Shown: piece by piece, positions 50,235-62,792 of the stretch | Layout: every line of letters begins with the position of its first letter | How positions within the stretch are numbered: the first letter of the stretch is position 1 | NCBI GenBank assembly: GCA_977017645.1 | Contig: OZ360227.1 | Coordinates: forward strand, 64,852,001-64,916,000 | Length of the DNA stretch: 64,000 nt | Reading direction: 5' to 3' | Source of the DNA: Torpedo marmorata | Taxonomy: Eukaryota | Position numbers and translations under genes: made by a program | The notes under the pieces: model-generated | Told to the model about the DNA's origin: nothing | Seen by the model: the letters and a program-made list of their open reading frames with translations, nothing else | Databases searched by the model: none

Positions 50235-50485
50235 TTATTTAATTTTACAGCATGGTAGAAGGCTCTTCCGGCCTATGAAACCCATGATTCCCAATTTCAC
50301 CAAATTAGCCAACCTATCTCGTACATTATTGGAGGATGGGGGGAAACTGGAGCACCCGGAGAAAACGCACGCAGGTCACAGGGAGAACGTACAAACTCCT
50401 TACAGACAGCTGCAGATTCGAACCCGGGTCACTAGCGCTGTAATAGCGTTGTGCTAACCACTAAACTAATTGTGCTGTCCAATGA
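50235..50485 (-). mobile_element. tRNA-derived V-SINE
   Basis: Reverse complement has GGTTAGCACAACGCTATTACAGCGC...GGGTTCGAATC, homologous to 28403 and 63576. Confidence 0.85.
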
Positions 50486-51478
50486 AATTTAAAAAATAAG
50501 CTGTCTCTATTCTACAGAAATGCTAAGAATCATGTGCTAAGAATTCTGTGAACATGACCTTTGTTTGTGGCTTCAATAACTAAATGATTTTTTTTTTAAA
50601 ATCTTTAGGAACTGGATAATTCTGCTGTAGAACAGTAGAACCTGTGCTGTGTGTAGTGCCTCTGATGTGAGCATTGTGGATGTCTGAATGATGTGTTTTT
50701 ACCATAACAGTGGCTTCACACAACTGAAGAACCACCTTAGTCACTGGCCAATCAAATTTCACTTGAGTTGAAAGCTTCCTTATCTGATTTGTATGTCAGT
50801 GGAGAAGGTGATGAGCTAATGTTCTGTGCTAATTATGGAGGCCATGAGCTGACATGAAGGAAGCAGTATTAGAACTAACCTTGGTTGCTGCATCCATTTC
50901 TGATAAATGCTTGGTGGGTGTACCTCGTTCATTTGATCACTTGGAGATCTCCAAGGGATTTGAAGCCTGCATTAAGTTACAATATTTGATGGCCAGTGTG
51001 CTAATTTTAGGACCTTAAGGCTGTTTGGATTTTAACAATATTTATTATTCTGAATTCTTTTTTGAATTAACATTGCTCTTTTTCAATCATGTTTCACAAA
51101 TTCACATTTGTACTTTAAATTAATTAGGTTAAAACATTAGAAAGGATGTCCTTGAGAGCAAATTGACTGCCATTTTCACCCTCATTCAAAGATAGGCAAA
51201 TGGATAAGAACTAAATGCTCTCCAATATCTCATTTAAAATCGTACTTGTCACATCAACAAGCCCATTAGTAAGCAGATGATGCAGTGCTGCTGTTACGGT
51301 AATGACCTATGTGGCTTCCATTGACTCCTGCCTTTACTAAAATGTACACTAATGGGATAAAAATCAATAGCATATAAACACAATCTGTGGTAATTTTATC
51401 CGTGCATCCTTTTAAGAGTTCATTTGCAATGTGTCCTGAGCTACAAACATGTCAACACATATCTCTGTTCCGCTACAG

Positions 51479-51580
51479 GTTGCCCGCCGCTGGGGCATCC
51501 AGAAGAACCGCCCCGCAATGAACTATGATAAATTGAGTCGCTCACTGCGCTATTATTATGAAAAAGGGATCATGCAAAAG
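51479..51580 (+). CDS. ETV5: ETV5 coding exon 11 (ETS recognition helix)
   Basis: [34 protein letters not shown]; TACAG acceptor, AAG|GTAAAG donor. Confidence 0.97.
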
Positions 51581-51585
51581 GTAAA

Positions 51586-51682
51586 GTGTGTGCATGTGTC
51601 TGTAGGTCTGTGCGTGTGTGTGGGTCTGTATGTGTGGGTCTGCGTGTGTGTGTGTGTGTGTAGGTCTGCGTGTGTGTGTGCA
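51586..51682 (+). repeat. Interrupted (GT)n microsatellite
   Basis: GT runs alternating with GGTCTG(C) units directly after the exon donor. Confidence 0.9.
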
Positions 51683-52489
51683 CATACATACTTCCAGAGT
51701 GACGACACCTCCTGTCTTTGTGTAGCTCTTTGCTAAACGTGGCAGCATCTGTGTGAAATCTGCACATTACCCAATCGGCATAGTTAACATAAGGATGACA
51801 GTTTGTTTTTCATCATGTACACTAGGGTCCATGAACAAGATCTGGAGAGCAATGCCCTGCTGTTATTTTGCATGTTACATGAATATGACCAGATGCTAAT
51901 TTCTACCACTCTTTATCTTGACCCCACTGCAATTTAACGTGGTATGCAATTCTGTTTTTGTTCAAAATATGAATCTCGGTTTGGGTTCAGTCTTTCAAAA
52001 CAGTGGCGCATATTTTTTGCTTAAAAGCCATCAGTTATGTTTGAAATGCTGACTTTTCCCTTTGTGACTGCAGGACTGATGGCTTGTGAGGGGACAACAA
52101 CTGTACTGTTCCCCATGGAGTCCAAGGAGGCAGGTGATGAAATGGGACCATAAATCCCACACATTTCCTTGCACTTAAGCTGGGAAATCTGCCCCCTGTG
52201 CCAAGTGCAGCCATTGCATTTATTTTAATAGGAAGGAATAGCTTTAGATAGAAATGCAAGTATTCCTTTTTACTTAACCAAGTTCATTGAAAAACATTTA
52301 GTTATTTCTACTTCTTTTAAGTGTTTTAAATTTTTAACCTTTTTGTATAGTTTTTGCACCCAAGGCATTCACAGACATTTAATCTCCTTAAAAGTTTTTT
52401 TGACAGGTTGGGGCACGGCTTGCTAGCTTTGATTAAAATGACGCTGCATTGGGCCTTGAGAGTAAATTGGCTGTTGGTCTCCTGCTAGA

Positions 52490-52677
52490 TCGGGGACTCT
52501 CTTTTGCTTCTCTTTCTCTGACTGTAAGGAATGTTAGAGGCGCTTAGGCAATTTCTGCCGATGGCGAATCTGTCTGCCTTGCAGCAGGCAAAAAGAAATT
52601 TTGTGGTATATGACACTGTCTTATTGCTGTGACAATAAATTGAATCTTGAATTTTGAATCTTGAATCTTGAATCTTG
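52490..52677 (+). mobile_element. Probable LINE 3' end with (TTGAATC)n tail
   Basis: AATAAA followed by about five TTGAATC units, typical of tandem-repeat-tailed LINEs such as Rex1/Babar. Confidence 0.55.
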
Positions 52678-52871
52678 CTGGTCAGTGGAAGATCTGAGCC
52701 TTTTAGCATTATGACACTTTTTTTTAGTCTAATTATTCTAAACGTTTCTCTTTGCGCATATTATTGTATTGGGGCATGGATAGCACTTTGCCTTCTGGTT
52801 AATTCTTTTATCTACAGCTTTTAAAATCCATCTCTAGTTTGACGTAATATGTGTGTTTTTCTTCACTCCAG

Positions 52872-53090
52872 GTTGCAGGGGAGCGATATGTGTACAAGTT
52901 TGTGTGTGACCCTGAGGCACTTTTCTCTATGGCTTTCCCAGACAACCAGCGTCCCTTTCTGAAGACTGAAATCGACTGTCACATTAAGGAGGATACTGTT
53001 CCTTTGACACATTTTGATGATAATGTAGCCTTCTTGCTGGAAATGGATCACTGCAACAATCTCCAGTATCCAGAGGGCTTTGCATATTGA
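52872..53090 (+). CDS. ETV5: ETV5 final coding exon (VAGERYVYKFVCDP...EGFAY*)
   Basis: CTCCAG acceptor; end of ETS domain and ETV5-type C-terminus; TGA at 53088-53090. Confidence 0.96.
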   Translation, partial: VAGERYVYKFVCDPEALFSMAFPDNQRPFLKTEIDCHIKEDTVPLTHFDDNVAFLLEMDHCNNLQYPEGFAY

Positions 53091-54699
53091 CTGAATCACA
53101 GCAGCTCTTGTGACTGAATGCATCACTGTCCAGCTGATAAAGTGCATCCTATGTGGTACTGTTGCACTCGGCTGTATTAAGAATCCAGCTCTTCAGAACG
53201 TGCAAAAGCCCAAAAGTTGTATGGTAGCATCACACTACTGAAGAAGCTGCCACGTGCTTCACTGATGATGCACGAACAAGCGTGACTTAATTTGCTTAAG
53301 TCCTCCACTTTGATAGCCATGGGTGTGGGGGGGGGTGGGGAAGCCTAGCAACCAGGCAGTGTGTGTTGCTATCAGAAATGCGTTCAGGTGTGGCATTTGT
53401 GATTGTTCAGTGTGGCATTCACGGAGCTTGGATTGACCGTGTGGCTAGCGTTTGTAATGACAATCTGCTTTGTGTTGAACACAGTTCTTTCAGCTGCCTT
53501 TTTGATGTTAAAGGGCTTCAACTTGCACAATCCCACAGTTGTATCATGGGTTAGACTCGGAAAGGAAACTTTATGCACTATAGCATATGGATCTGTTCCC
53601 TGGACTGGATACAAGCTGGTGCTGTATTAAAATAGCTAAAGACAATAGTCCTGACTACCTGAGACTTAAATAGAGTACAGCTTGTAGTTTATTTTGTTTT
53701 ATTTTTAAATGCTTAAATGTTTTGAATTTTTGAAACCTGAAGTCTTTGGCACCTTCCACACATTGTTATTTTTGTCTGCTCCTTTTCTAAAGTACACATG
53801 TATATGTAGCAATTTCCAAATGTTCCATTGTATTTATCAAATGAGAAAAATACCTTTTATTCAAGTTTAAAACTTCATTTGATATTTTTTCTTCCCCTCC
53901 GACTTGTGTCCCCAATCCCAATCTCTTCTGCCGTGTCTCCAGTTCTATTATCCCATCCTTGTTCAAAAGAAAAAGCCAAAATCAGATGTTTGATAGTACG
54001 ATCCAACTCTCGGGAATGCAGTTGTATCCCGTACCATTTGTACATATATCATTCCCCAGAAGCAGTTCTAGTAAGTTAATATTCTATCACTTTCTTTTAG
54101 AGTGGGTGAGAAGGTGAGGTGGGAAAAAGGGAAGAAATCTGCAGGTATTTTTCAAAATATTTTCAAAATAAATGTATTAAATTTGTAATTTTTTTTTGTC
54201 TTTATACTCAAGGCAAAATCTTTTTGTTAATGGCACTGCACTCTGAAAACAAGAGTTCCAATATTTTGATGATATTACTGCTTTAATCAGGGGGTTAGGG
54301 TTTACTGTGTAACACAGTTAATTCTGCTGCAGGTTATACATGCCTGCTTCAAGCTTTGCACCGATGATCTTTTACAGAAATCTAAATAATGATATGACTG
54401 TTTCTTGTCATTGTATCTTGCAATGGCATATTGCAATTGTATAATTGCAACATATCCACATTGTTTCCGTTCTTGACATTTTATGTATAAAGTCCCCAGG
54501 ATTTATATTTTTTTTGGAAACAAAATTATTTTTACAACAGGTCTCAATTGTATTTTATTTTGGCAGTTCAAATGTTTTGCTTTTACTTTTGAATCGTGTG
54601 CTGCAAAGTCCATAAATAAGCCATTAGATTAATCAAGCAAATTTACACCTTTATTTTCAAATCCAGTTGTGCATTTAAGGGAAACTCTGTCATGTACAC

Positions 54700-54775
54700 C
54701 AAATAAATGTTTGATCTCTGTGTACAATAAAGTTTTTCTGGTCCTCGCACTCACTTATTTTATGTCTTTGTTAAA
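54700..54775 (+). terminator. ETV5: Probable ETV5 polyadenylation region
   Basis: AATAAA at 54702 and 54726, each preceded by TGTA and followed by T/GT-rich sequence; a proximal AATAAA lies at 54167. Confidence 0.6.
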
Positions 54776-54879
54776 TAAGGGTCAGCCATCAGGTTAATAG
54801 TTAGGCAGTACCCAAAAGAAAATAACTTTCCTCAGCAATCTAGGTCTTAAGTTGCAGATGACAATGTCTCCACTGTCAC

Positions 54880-55531
54880 CCTCACCACAGTCCAGGGCCC
54901 CAAACAGGCCTTCCAAGTGAAACTACACTTCACCTGTACATCCAGAGAACTTATTTACTGCATCCGGTGCTCCCTTTGTGGCTTTCTATACATTGGAGAG
55001 ACCGGTCGTAGATTGGGAGACCGCTTTGCTGAGCACCTCCTCTCCGTCCGCAACAACAGCGACCTCCCAGTAGCCAACCATTTCAATTCCGGGTCACACT
55101 CCCACACTCACATGTCTGTCCATGGCCTTATGTACTATCCCACCCAGACTACCCGCAAATTGGAGGAACAACATCTCATATTCCGTCTCGGCACTCTCCA
55201 GCCAGATGGCATTAACATTGACTTTTCTGCTTTCCACTAAACCTGCTTGTCGTTCCCTTCCCCTCCCCCCTCACCTGTCCTTCCTGTTTTTGTCCCCTCC
55301 CTCCTTTCTCCACCTATCATCTCCTGCCTTTGCCATCCCCCTTCCCCCCTCACTCCTTTGTTCGGACGCCTGCCGGCATTTTCTCATACTTTGATGAAGG
55401 GCTCAAGCCCGAAACGTCGGTTATGTATTTCTACCTTTGCTACATAAAAGACACAGTTTGACCTGCTGAGTTTCTCCAGCATTTGTGTTTTTTACTTCAA
55501 CCACGGTGTCTACAGATTTTCGTGTTTTACT
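54880..55531 (+). mobile_element. 5'-truncated Penelope-like element (GIY-YIG domain plus hammerhead-bearing 3' end)
   Basis: 13-bp TSD TCTCCACTGTCAC at 54867-54879 and 55532-55544; open frame LIYCIRCSLCGFLYIGETGRRLGDRFAEHL...GINIDFS. Confidence 0.92.
55385..55425 (+). ncRNA. Putative minimal type I hammerhead ribozyme variant
   Basis: CAUACU-UUGAUGA-A-GGGC(UCAA)GCCC-GAAA-CGUC-GGUUAUG: core boxes, stem II hairpin, palindromic ACGU stem III, GUC triplet, bulged stem I. Confidence 0.65.
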
Positions 55532-56859
55532 TCTCCACTGTCACAACCTTCGAATCTTCCTTTCCCTCTTAACAGCAATGGCAGAGATAATTTCATCAGC
55601 AAGATCACAGTTGTAGTTAATTGTACCTTGGAAAAATATGGATTAATTCAAAGTCATTACAGTATAGACAAATGGAACAAAGAGGGGTTGATATGGTAAT
55701 GAAGTTGATATATAGATGGATTTTAAAAGGTATTTGATAGAATGCCATATAATTGGCCTGTAGGCAAAACTGAAAGACAAACCTGAATTCAAAATGCTGT
55801 GGCAGTATTGGTAGAAACCGGGATAAATGTCAAAGCAGAGAAGTGATGAATCCCAGCTACCATACTGGAAGAAAGTGGTGTTCCATTGAGGACCGCCTGA
55901 GGATTCTTGCAACATATCAAAGGCAGGAGCAAAAGCTCAACAACTCCTATCTTTGCTATGTTACACCCAACCCTGGCATCTCCCAGCAGGACAGGGAAGA
56001 TGTCCAATTCAAGATATCTAAACTTCAAGACTTGTATAAATACTAACAAACCCAGATCAGTATTACTTGATCCTCAGGAATTTTAACTGGTGAACTATCA
56101 AGATTTGGATAGTTTTCACGTCGATGATCACTTCTTGTACATCATTTGATGGGATTAAGTAGCCCCATTCTGCCCTGGCAGTCCCTGTTGCAGATGAATG
56201 CAGAGGGCTGAGAAGGTGCAAGGTTTGATAGATTATTTTCCCTGGGCCCTCTTTACTGCTGAGGGTCCAGTTCTCCTTGACTTTTCTAATGTCTTACTGG
56301 TCATCATCTATCTTCCAGGTGCCAATAATGATGCCCACAGTCTTCCTGCATCAGTAGAAAGATAGTGGACATCAACAGGGGTATGGCCGTCCAATAGCTT
56401 GTAGCCAGTTCATTGAGGAAAGAGAAACAGAGTTAACCCGTTAGGTCGAAGACCTTCTGTTGGAATGACCTCCAAGAGAAATGGATAGATGGAAACAAAC
56501 TTTCAAAGATTGCAAAAGATGGGAAGATGACTGTTAAAAGAAGATGGGGAATTACTGATTTTACAAACAGAAAAATACATGAATATTCACTTCTGAAAGC
56601 AGTTGGGTTTGGGTGGATTGACATTAAAATGTTTATAGTAAAATTCAGATTTGACACTGTTGATAATTTGCTAACTTTGGTTTTAATTGTGGTGTAGTGA
56701 ATCCGAGGGTTGATTGGGGCACAGAAAACTAACCAACCCACTTTAATAAGACTGGGTGGTTATAACAAGTCTTGTTGGTTTTCAAGATCTCTGGAAATCC
56801 AGCAGCTCAAGAGAACAAAGGGCTGTTGGATCAAAGCAAAAAAAGCACAAAAGACAAAA

Positions 56860-57255
56860 TATTTGGCTGAACTTTTATAAATCACTTGTTGGTCCCCAGA
56901 TGGATTATTGTAGCTAGTTCTAGCCACCATATTTTTGGAAAGATATCAAGGCCTCAGAGAAAGTGCAAAGTTTATGAGAATGGGAATAAGAATTCAGGAG
57001 CTCAGCTACATGAGATATTTGGCAAAAGGTGATTAATATTTTTGGAGCAAGAAATATTGAGATAAGACTGGACAAGCTGGGTTTGTTTTCAGTAGAGGGG
57101 CAGAGGCTGAGGGGGCATCTATGGCAGGTGTTTAAATTGTGAAGGCATAGATAGGGTAGAAGTTAGGAAGCTTTAACCCATAGTAGAGGTGATGAAAACT
57201 GGAGGGCATGAGTTTAGGATAAGAGGTTTAGAGGGGGATCTGAGTTTTTTTTCAT
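56860..57255 (+). mobile_element. Degenerate CR1 3' fragments
   Basis: CTGGACAAGCTGGGTTTGTTTTC...AGGCTGAGGGGGCATCT...GGGCATGAGTTTAGG resembles the CR1 ORF2 end. Confidence 0.6.
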
Positions 57256-58032
57256 TCATATCACATTAAAAATTGCCAAGTTAGGACATCCTTGCTTTAA
57301 AAGATGCTCCCTCTACAGGCTTTAGTATTTAATCTGCAGGTTCTTGGATGGAAGCCACTCAGTCTTCTGAAAACATGAGGTAAAACAAGGGTCAGGAGGG
57401 AGCAAATTGAGAGGAGAGGTGGTAAAATTGGGGAGGATGCAGGAGGAAGGGGAAATCAAGGCAGGAGGGGTACAGAGGGGAAGGGTTAAACAACGCAATA
57501 ATCTGTATGATCCCACACCCCACTCCCCAATCTATGGACCAATGCATGCATTGATGGGGCTGACCACATTATTCAATGGGGCCACATATCTCAATATTTG
57601 ATGCATAGATGCTGCAATTTTAACCTGCAGATGCAGCACATTAAAATTAATGTTAGACATCAGTGAAATCAATGCCCCAGCAGGAACCCTTCAAAAACAT
57701 GAGCAAAACACTTTTTATGCATGAATTAAATGTAAAAAACAGGTGTAATTTTAATTCTAATCCTATTTCCAGACTAACGCCAGGGGTGGTCAATAAATTG
57801 AGGACAGAGATGTATGGCAATTGAAAAAAAAGGGAGCCAAAGAGAACATTTTAATCCAGAAAGTTATGATATGGAACACAAAAATAGTGGAAGCTGAATC
57901 AGTGGCAATTTTCTAAAGGGAATTGATAAATAATTGAAACATATTGCAGAGCTAAGAAGATAGAGGTGGACAGTGAAATTAAATTATCATGGGAAGGATG
58001 GACTGCTTTGACCCTTTGCAGTATCACTCTGC

Positions 58033-58990
58033 GTGATGTGCTTTACAGAAACGTGGCTAAAGGCGGACATTCTGGGCACGGCGCTGCAGCACAAGGGCTA
58101 CACCCTCCATCGCGCTGACCAAACACCGGCGACTGGAAAAACCAGGGGAGGCGGCGTTTGTGCCATCATCAATTCATCATGGTGCACAGAAGTGTCGGTC
58201 ATGTCCCAGTCCTACTCCCCCGACCTGAAACATCTGGTGATAACAAGTGTCGCCCATTCTACCTGCCGAGGGAGTTCACCGCCATCATCCTGGTCGTAGT
58301 GTACATTCCGCCCCAGGCTAACGTCAGGCTGGCACTGGAGGGACTGAGCACTGTGATAAACAGCCATGAGACAGTACATCCTGATGCCTTCCCGAGCATT
58401 GTGGGAGACTTCAATCAGGCCAATCTGAAGAAGTCACTGACAAACTACCACCAACACGTCACATGCGAGACCAGGGGAACCAACACACTCGACCACTGCT
58501 ACATCACCATGAAGAACGCATACCGAGCCATACCACGACCGCACTTCGGCAAGTCTGATCACCTGGCTGTACTTCTACTCCCTGCGTACAAGCAGAGACT
58601 GAAGACCACAGCACCAGTGGTGAAAGTATGGTACAGGGAGGCGGAGGAGCGTCTGCAGGACTGCTTTGAATCGGTGGACTGGAACATATTCAAGAACTCA
58701 TCCATAGACCTGAATGAATATGCAACAGGTGTCACCGACTTCATCAAGACCTGTGTGGGTGAGTGTGTGCCCACGCGCAAATACCGGATGTTCCCCAACC
58801 AGAAGCCCTAGATGATTCAGAGAATTCGCAACCTGCTGAGGGCGAGAAGAAGGGCGTTTAAGGCCGGGGACCGGGATCTTTACAAGAAGTCCAGGCACGA
58901 CCTGCGGAAGGCCATCTCTGAAGCAAAGTGGCAATTGTGGAGGTAGCTAGAGACAGAGACAGATACACGCCAAACCTGCATGGCCGCAAA
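58033..58990 (+). mobile_element. Rex1/Babar LINE fragment (APE endonuclease region, frameshifted)
   Basis: CFTETWL, KTRGGGVC, CRPFYLPREFT, VVYIPP, GDFNQANL, TLDHCY, FGKSDH. Confidence 0.9.
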
Positions 58991-58999
58991 AACCCAACT

Positions 59000-59330
59000 G
59001 CCCTGGTAGACCCATTATCACTGCATGCTCCTACCCCACCAAACTGATATCATTGTACCTTAACTCCATTTTGTCCCTCTTGGTCTAGTTCCTTTCTACT
59101 GACATCTGGGTCACCTCATATGCTCTCCATCACTTCGACAACTTCCACTTCCATGGGTTGGATCACCTCATTTTCACCATGGATGTCTAGTCCCTATACA
59201 CTTCCATCCTCCATAAAGAAGGCCTCAAGCCTCTCCTCTTCGTCCTGGACAATGGACCAAACCATTCCCCCTCCACCACCACCCTCCTGCACCTGCAGAA
59301 CTTGTATTCACTCTCAATAACTTCTCCACT
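59000..59330 (+). mobile_element. Degenerate Penelope-like RT fragment
   Basis: Translates to IFTMDV*SLYTSILHKEGL...ELVFTLNNFS, resembling the Penelope RT motif region. Confidence 0.65.
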
Positions 59331-59528
59331 GGGTGAGAGGGTGACAGACATGGGGAGGACATTTGAACACCAGCATCAGGTAATCCACACCAAGAACAAT
59401 AAATGCTGGAAATAACCAGTAGCATGAGCAGAGAGAAAGAGTTAACGGTTCAGCTTAGAGCTGCTCCCTCAACAAATACTGTCTTTACAGAATTGTCTTA
59501 TTGTTTTCAACCTTCAGTATCCCCAATA

Positions 59529-60851
59529 CAGTAAAACCCCTGGTATCTGGAATTCAAGCAACCGGCAAAAAATAGAAGAAAATACATTTAAAAAAATAAA
59601 ATAAATAAGAATAAAATAATAGGTAAAAAATACGTAAGTTTAAAATTGTAAAAGTAAATGTTCTCTGAAGTGACACATAAACTTTGGTGAAGATGGGAGA
59701 AAATATTCAGCCAGCGGAGTGCCTTGGTCGTGCTTTGCTCGTAGCAGCAGTTTGAATAAGGTTGTGTGACACAGCAATAGTGTCGCCCAGGATGAAGAGC
59801 TGGTTGATGCCGCTCGCCGTTGGGGTGACTCTCTTAAAGAGTCTCCTTATTCCTGCTTAGTAAGAGTCGCCCCGGTCAGAGGCTTTATCTGTAAACTTGG
59901 GAGAGGGGGGGAAGTTAATTATCTATGTTATTGTTCGTCTTTCGGGCGACTCTGTGGAGGGGGAGGAACCTGCAGATGCAGCAACGGTTAAATGTTTTCA
60001 AAGAATGTGACTGAAAATAAAGTAAAATACTTTAAGGTTTATATATTCATGCAAGTGAAGTTTGTTTAGTGTAAGTACAGTATAGTATTTTTGTCTTTTA
60101 AACTGATTATTCTTAATGCAGGTGTATTAGTTAGGCATTGTAAGAGTAAGCCTCAAGCAACTGGGAAATACACTTATCCGGCATCTACCAATCCCCATAG
60201 GTGCCGGATAGCAGGTGTAAAGGTTAAAGACAATGTTTTGACTCTTAGTTAATTATATGCCTGTCTCTTTAAAATAACTATTGTTTGTAGTGTTACTATA
60301 GTGATTATGATGTAATATGTCGTAATATCCGCCCAGGCTAGAGCCATTACTATTTTCTACGAGATGTGAAGGATGCATAAGCACGAGACATATTTTCTTT
60401 GAATTTGTTGCATCTCTTAAAATGTTTTTGTATCTCTTAAATACCATAAATGCTTTATTATTCAACTATATGGAAATTTTATTGCAAAACTATGTAAAAT
60501 GTTTATACGCTTAATCAACGAATTAAAACGACAAAAGTAACTGCCACAGAACTTGATTTATTGGATTAAAGGGATGATCATTTGGAATATCGTAGTTCAT
60601 GCATTGGAAGATGATACTTTGAAATTAGAAGACAAGAAGAGGCAAGTGTCGTCTATATTTTGATTCAAAGAAAATATCAATTGTGATTTGTTTGGAAGGA
60701 AAGTTTGTAAAATCTGTCTAAATGAATTGCGCAGTTTGAAATTATGCCAAAGACTGGCCAGACAGCCAGTGTCCTTGAAAAAGATAAGCCAGAGCTTTGG
60801 TAGCAGAATTGGCAGGAAGCCCAGAAGTCATCTATAGCAGGGGTTTTACTG
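59529..60851. mobile_element. Second Tigger-like MITE, right TIR split by a 618-bp insertion
   Basis: TA-flanked; left TIR CAGTAAAACCCCTGGTATC, right end GGGGTTTTACTG; body matches 12492-13157. Confidence 0.87.
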
Positions 60852-61589
60852 TATTTTCTTTCAGATATGTACTGATCAGCACAGGAAAATGGGAGAAAGA
60901 GAAAAACTGCATTTACACAGGAGCTTCCTTATTCATTGCACCTTATAATCTATTATTTAAATTCCATCTTAAGTTTCACATAATTAACTTCAGTGTCCTT
61001 AACCTAAGGAAGGGTAACATTAAGAAAAATGACCTATCCTGTTACTCCTTGCTGAAAAGTGTTAGAAAGAACAAGATTGGATTTCGCTGCAATACCTTCC
61101 ACAGATAAATAGAATGCCCGCGCTACACCTGTCCATTCATTTCTACCCTTCCCTTCCCAAACCTTTAAACTAACACCAAACAATTTTTCCAGGTGAAAAA
61201 GTGATTCACTTACACTTCTTCAAGTGGTGTTTACAATGTGGTCTCCTGAACACTTGAGAAACCAAACCTAGGGGTGACCCTGAGCTTGCTGTTGTATGCC
61301 CTTTTAATTCACAATCCCATTTTATTCCAACCTGTTGCTAGCTCCTCCACTGCCATACGTAAATGACAACAACATCTTATCTTTTATCCAAGCACTTTGC
61401 AACCCTCTGGAATAAACACTGAATTTTCTAACAAATAAACTGCTCTCTCATTGTTTCCCATTATCAGGCTTATGTCCCCTTCTCATCCTTTTCTTAAAAT
61501 ACTTTGCTGACGATCAGTACTCATGCTCCTTATCACTTACACCACCTTAACCTGTCTCCAGATTGGCTTTTGTCTTATACCATACTCCT

Positions 61590-61882
61590 TAGAACCATAG
61601 AACACCACAGCACAGAAACAGGCCCTTCAGCCCATCTAGTCTGTGCTGAACTATTATTCTGCCTAGTCCTATTGACCTGAACCACAGCCCTCCATACCCC
61701 TCCCATCCATGTACCTGTCAAAATTTTTCTTAAATGTCAAAATTGAGCCCGCATTCACCACTTCAGCTGGCTGCTCGTTCCACACCCCCACCAATCTCTG
61801 CGTGAAGAAATTCCCTTTAATGTTCCCCTAAACATTTCACCTTTCACCCTTAACCCATTTCCTCTAGTTCTTGTCTAACCTA
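61590..61882 (-). mobile_element. CR1 LINE 3' end
   Basis: TAGAACCATAGAAC tail and TGCGTGAAGAAATT...TTTCACCCTTAACC (reverse of the FFTQR region). Confidence 0.75.
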
Positions 61883-62792
61883 ACTTCCTTCCCCTGCTCT
61901 CCTTTTTAAAACTGTAAACCCAACACTCTTGCCCCCAGTTCTGAGGATCACTGACCCAAAATCTCGACCGGTTGCTCTTTCCACAACTGCTGCTTGACTA
62001 GCTGAGATCTTCCAGCATTTTTTTTTCTTGTTTTTGCATCTACTCCATCTGCTTGACACCATCGATTTGACGGAATGTGTGATATTTCGTGGAAAACAAC
62101 AAAATTGTAAAATTATCAAAGGAGAAACTTAAAAGAATATCTTTTATTTGGAAGGTGATGAGAATGTTAATTATATTACCACTGGTTTAATGTTATTTTT
62201 TTTAAAAAAGGAACTGAATAAATATTTGAAAAGGAAGGGAATAAAATTATATTAAGTAGAAGAAAATGTGCTGAGTGGACTGTTACTCCCCAGAAGAGTA
62301 TATGTCCATCACAAACGATCAGTCCTTGGTATGTGTTCAACATAGCAGTTTTGAATATCCAGTATTAACATGTCCTCCCTTTAATAACTATATCAAAAAT
62401 AAAATTATTTCAAAGAATTGGAAATCAAAAGAATAGGAAAAATTTTTGTACGTAAAAACCTTTAAACTAACAACAAAATCCAATTAAAAGCCTCTATTTA
62501 TCATTCTCTGGGCAGCTGATTTCACCCATTGATCACAATGGACTCTGTACCTGCATCAGGTTAACCTGAGGCAGATTCAGCGGGCAAGACTTTTCATCCT
62601 GAGAGATGGAAAATCTGCTGAGGTTTGCACTTCCCACTTGGTCCATGGAGAATTCACATGAACCGTACTGAATGCGTGTGATTGGTGCTTACTGAGTGTG
62701 AGGCAGAGGTGCACTCAGGAACTGCCTGGTATGGTCAGTTTCACCATGACACGATCTCATTAACTCCTAGTCCAGCAAAACAAACTTTAAAA

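Larger units (their letters stand above)
19748..53090 (+). other. ETV5: ETV5 (ERM) gene, coding span, 12 coding exons, ~500 aa
   Basis: Exons join in frame with GT-AG boundaries (45+88+48+54+127+273+239+69+69+170+102+219 = 1503 nt). ETV5-diagnostic stretches [35 protein letters not shown] and C-terminal EGFAY distinguish it from ETV1/ETV4. Confidence 0.93.

Noticed and set aside
54291-54303. GGGTTAGGGTTT as interstitial telomere
   Set aside because: Fewer than two full units; expected by chance.
55620-56420. Possible exons of a neighbouring gene downstream of ETV5
   Set aside because: No recognisable protein or consistent splice-bounded frame.
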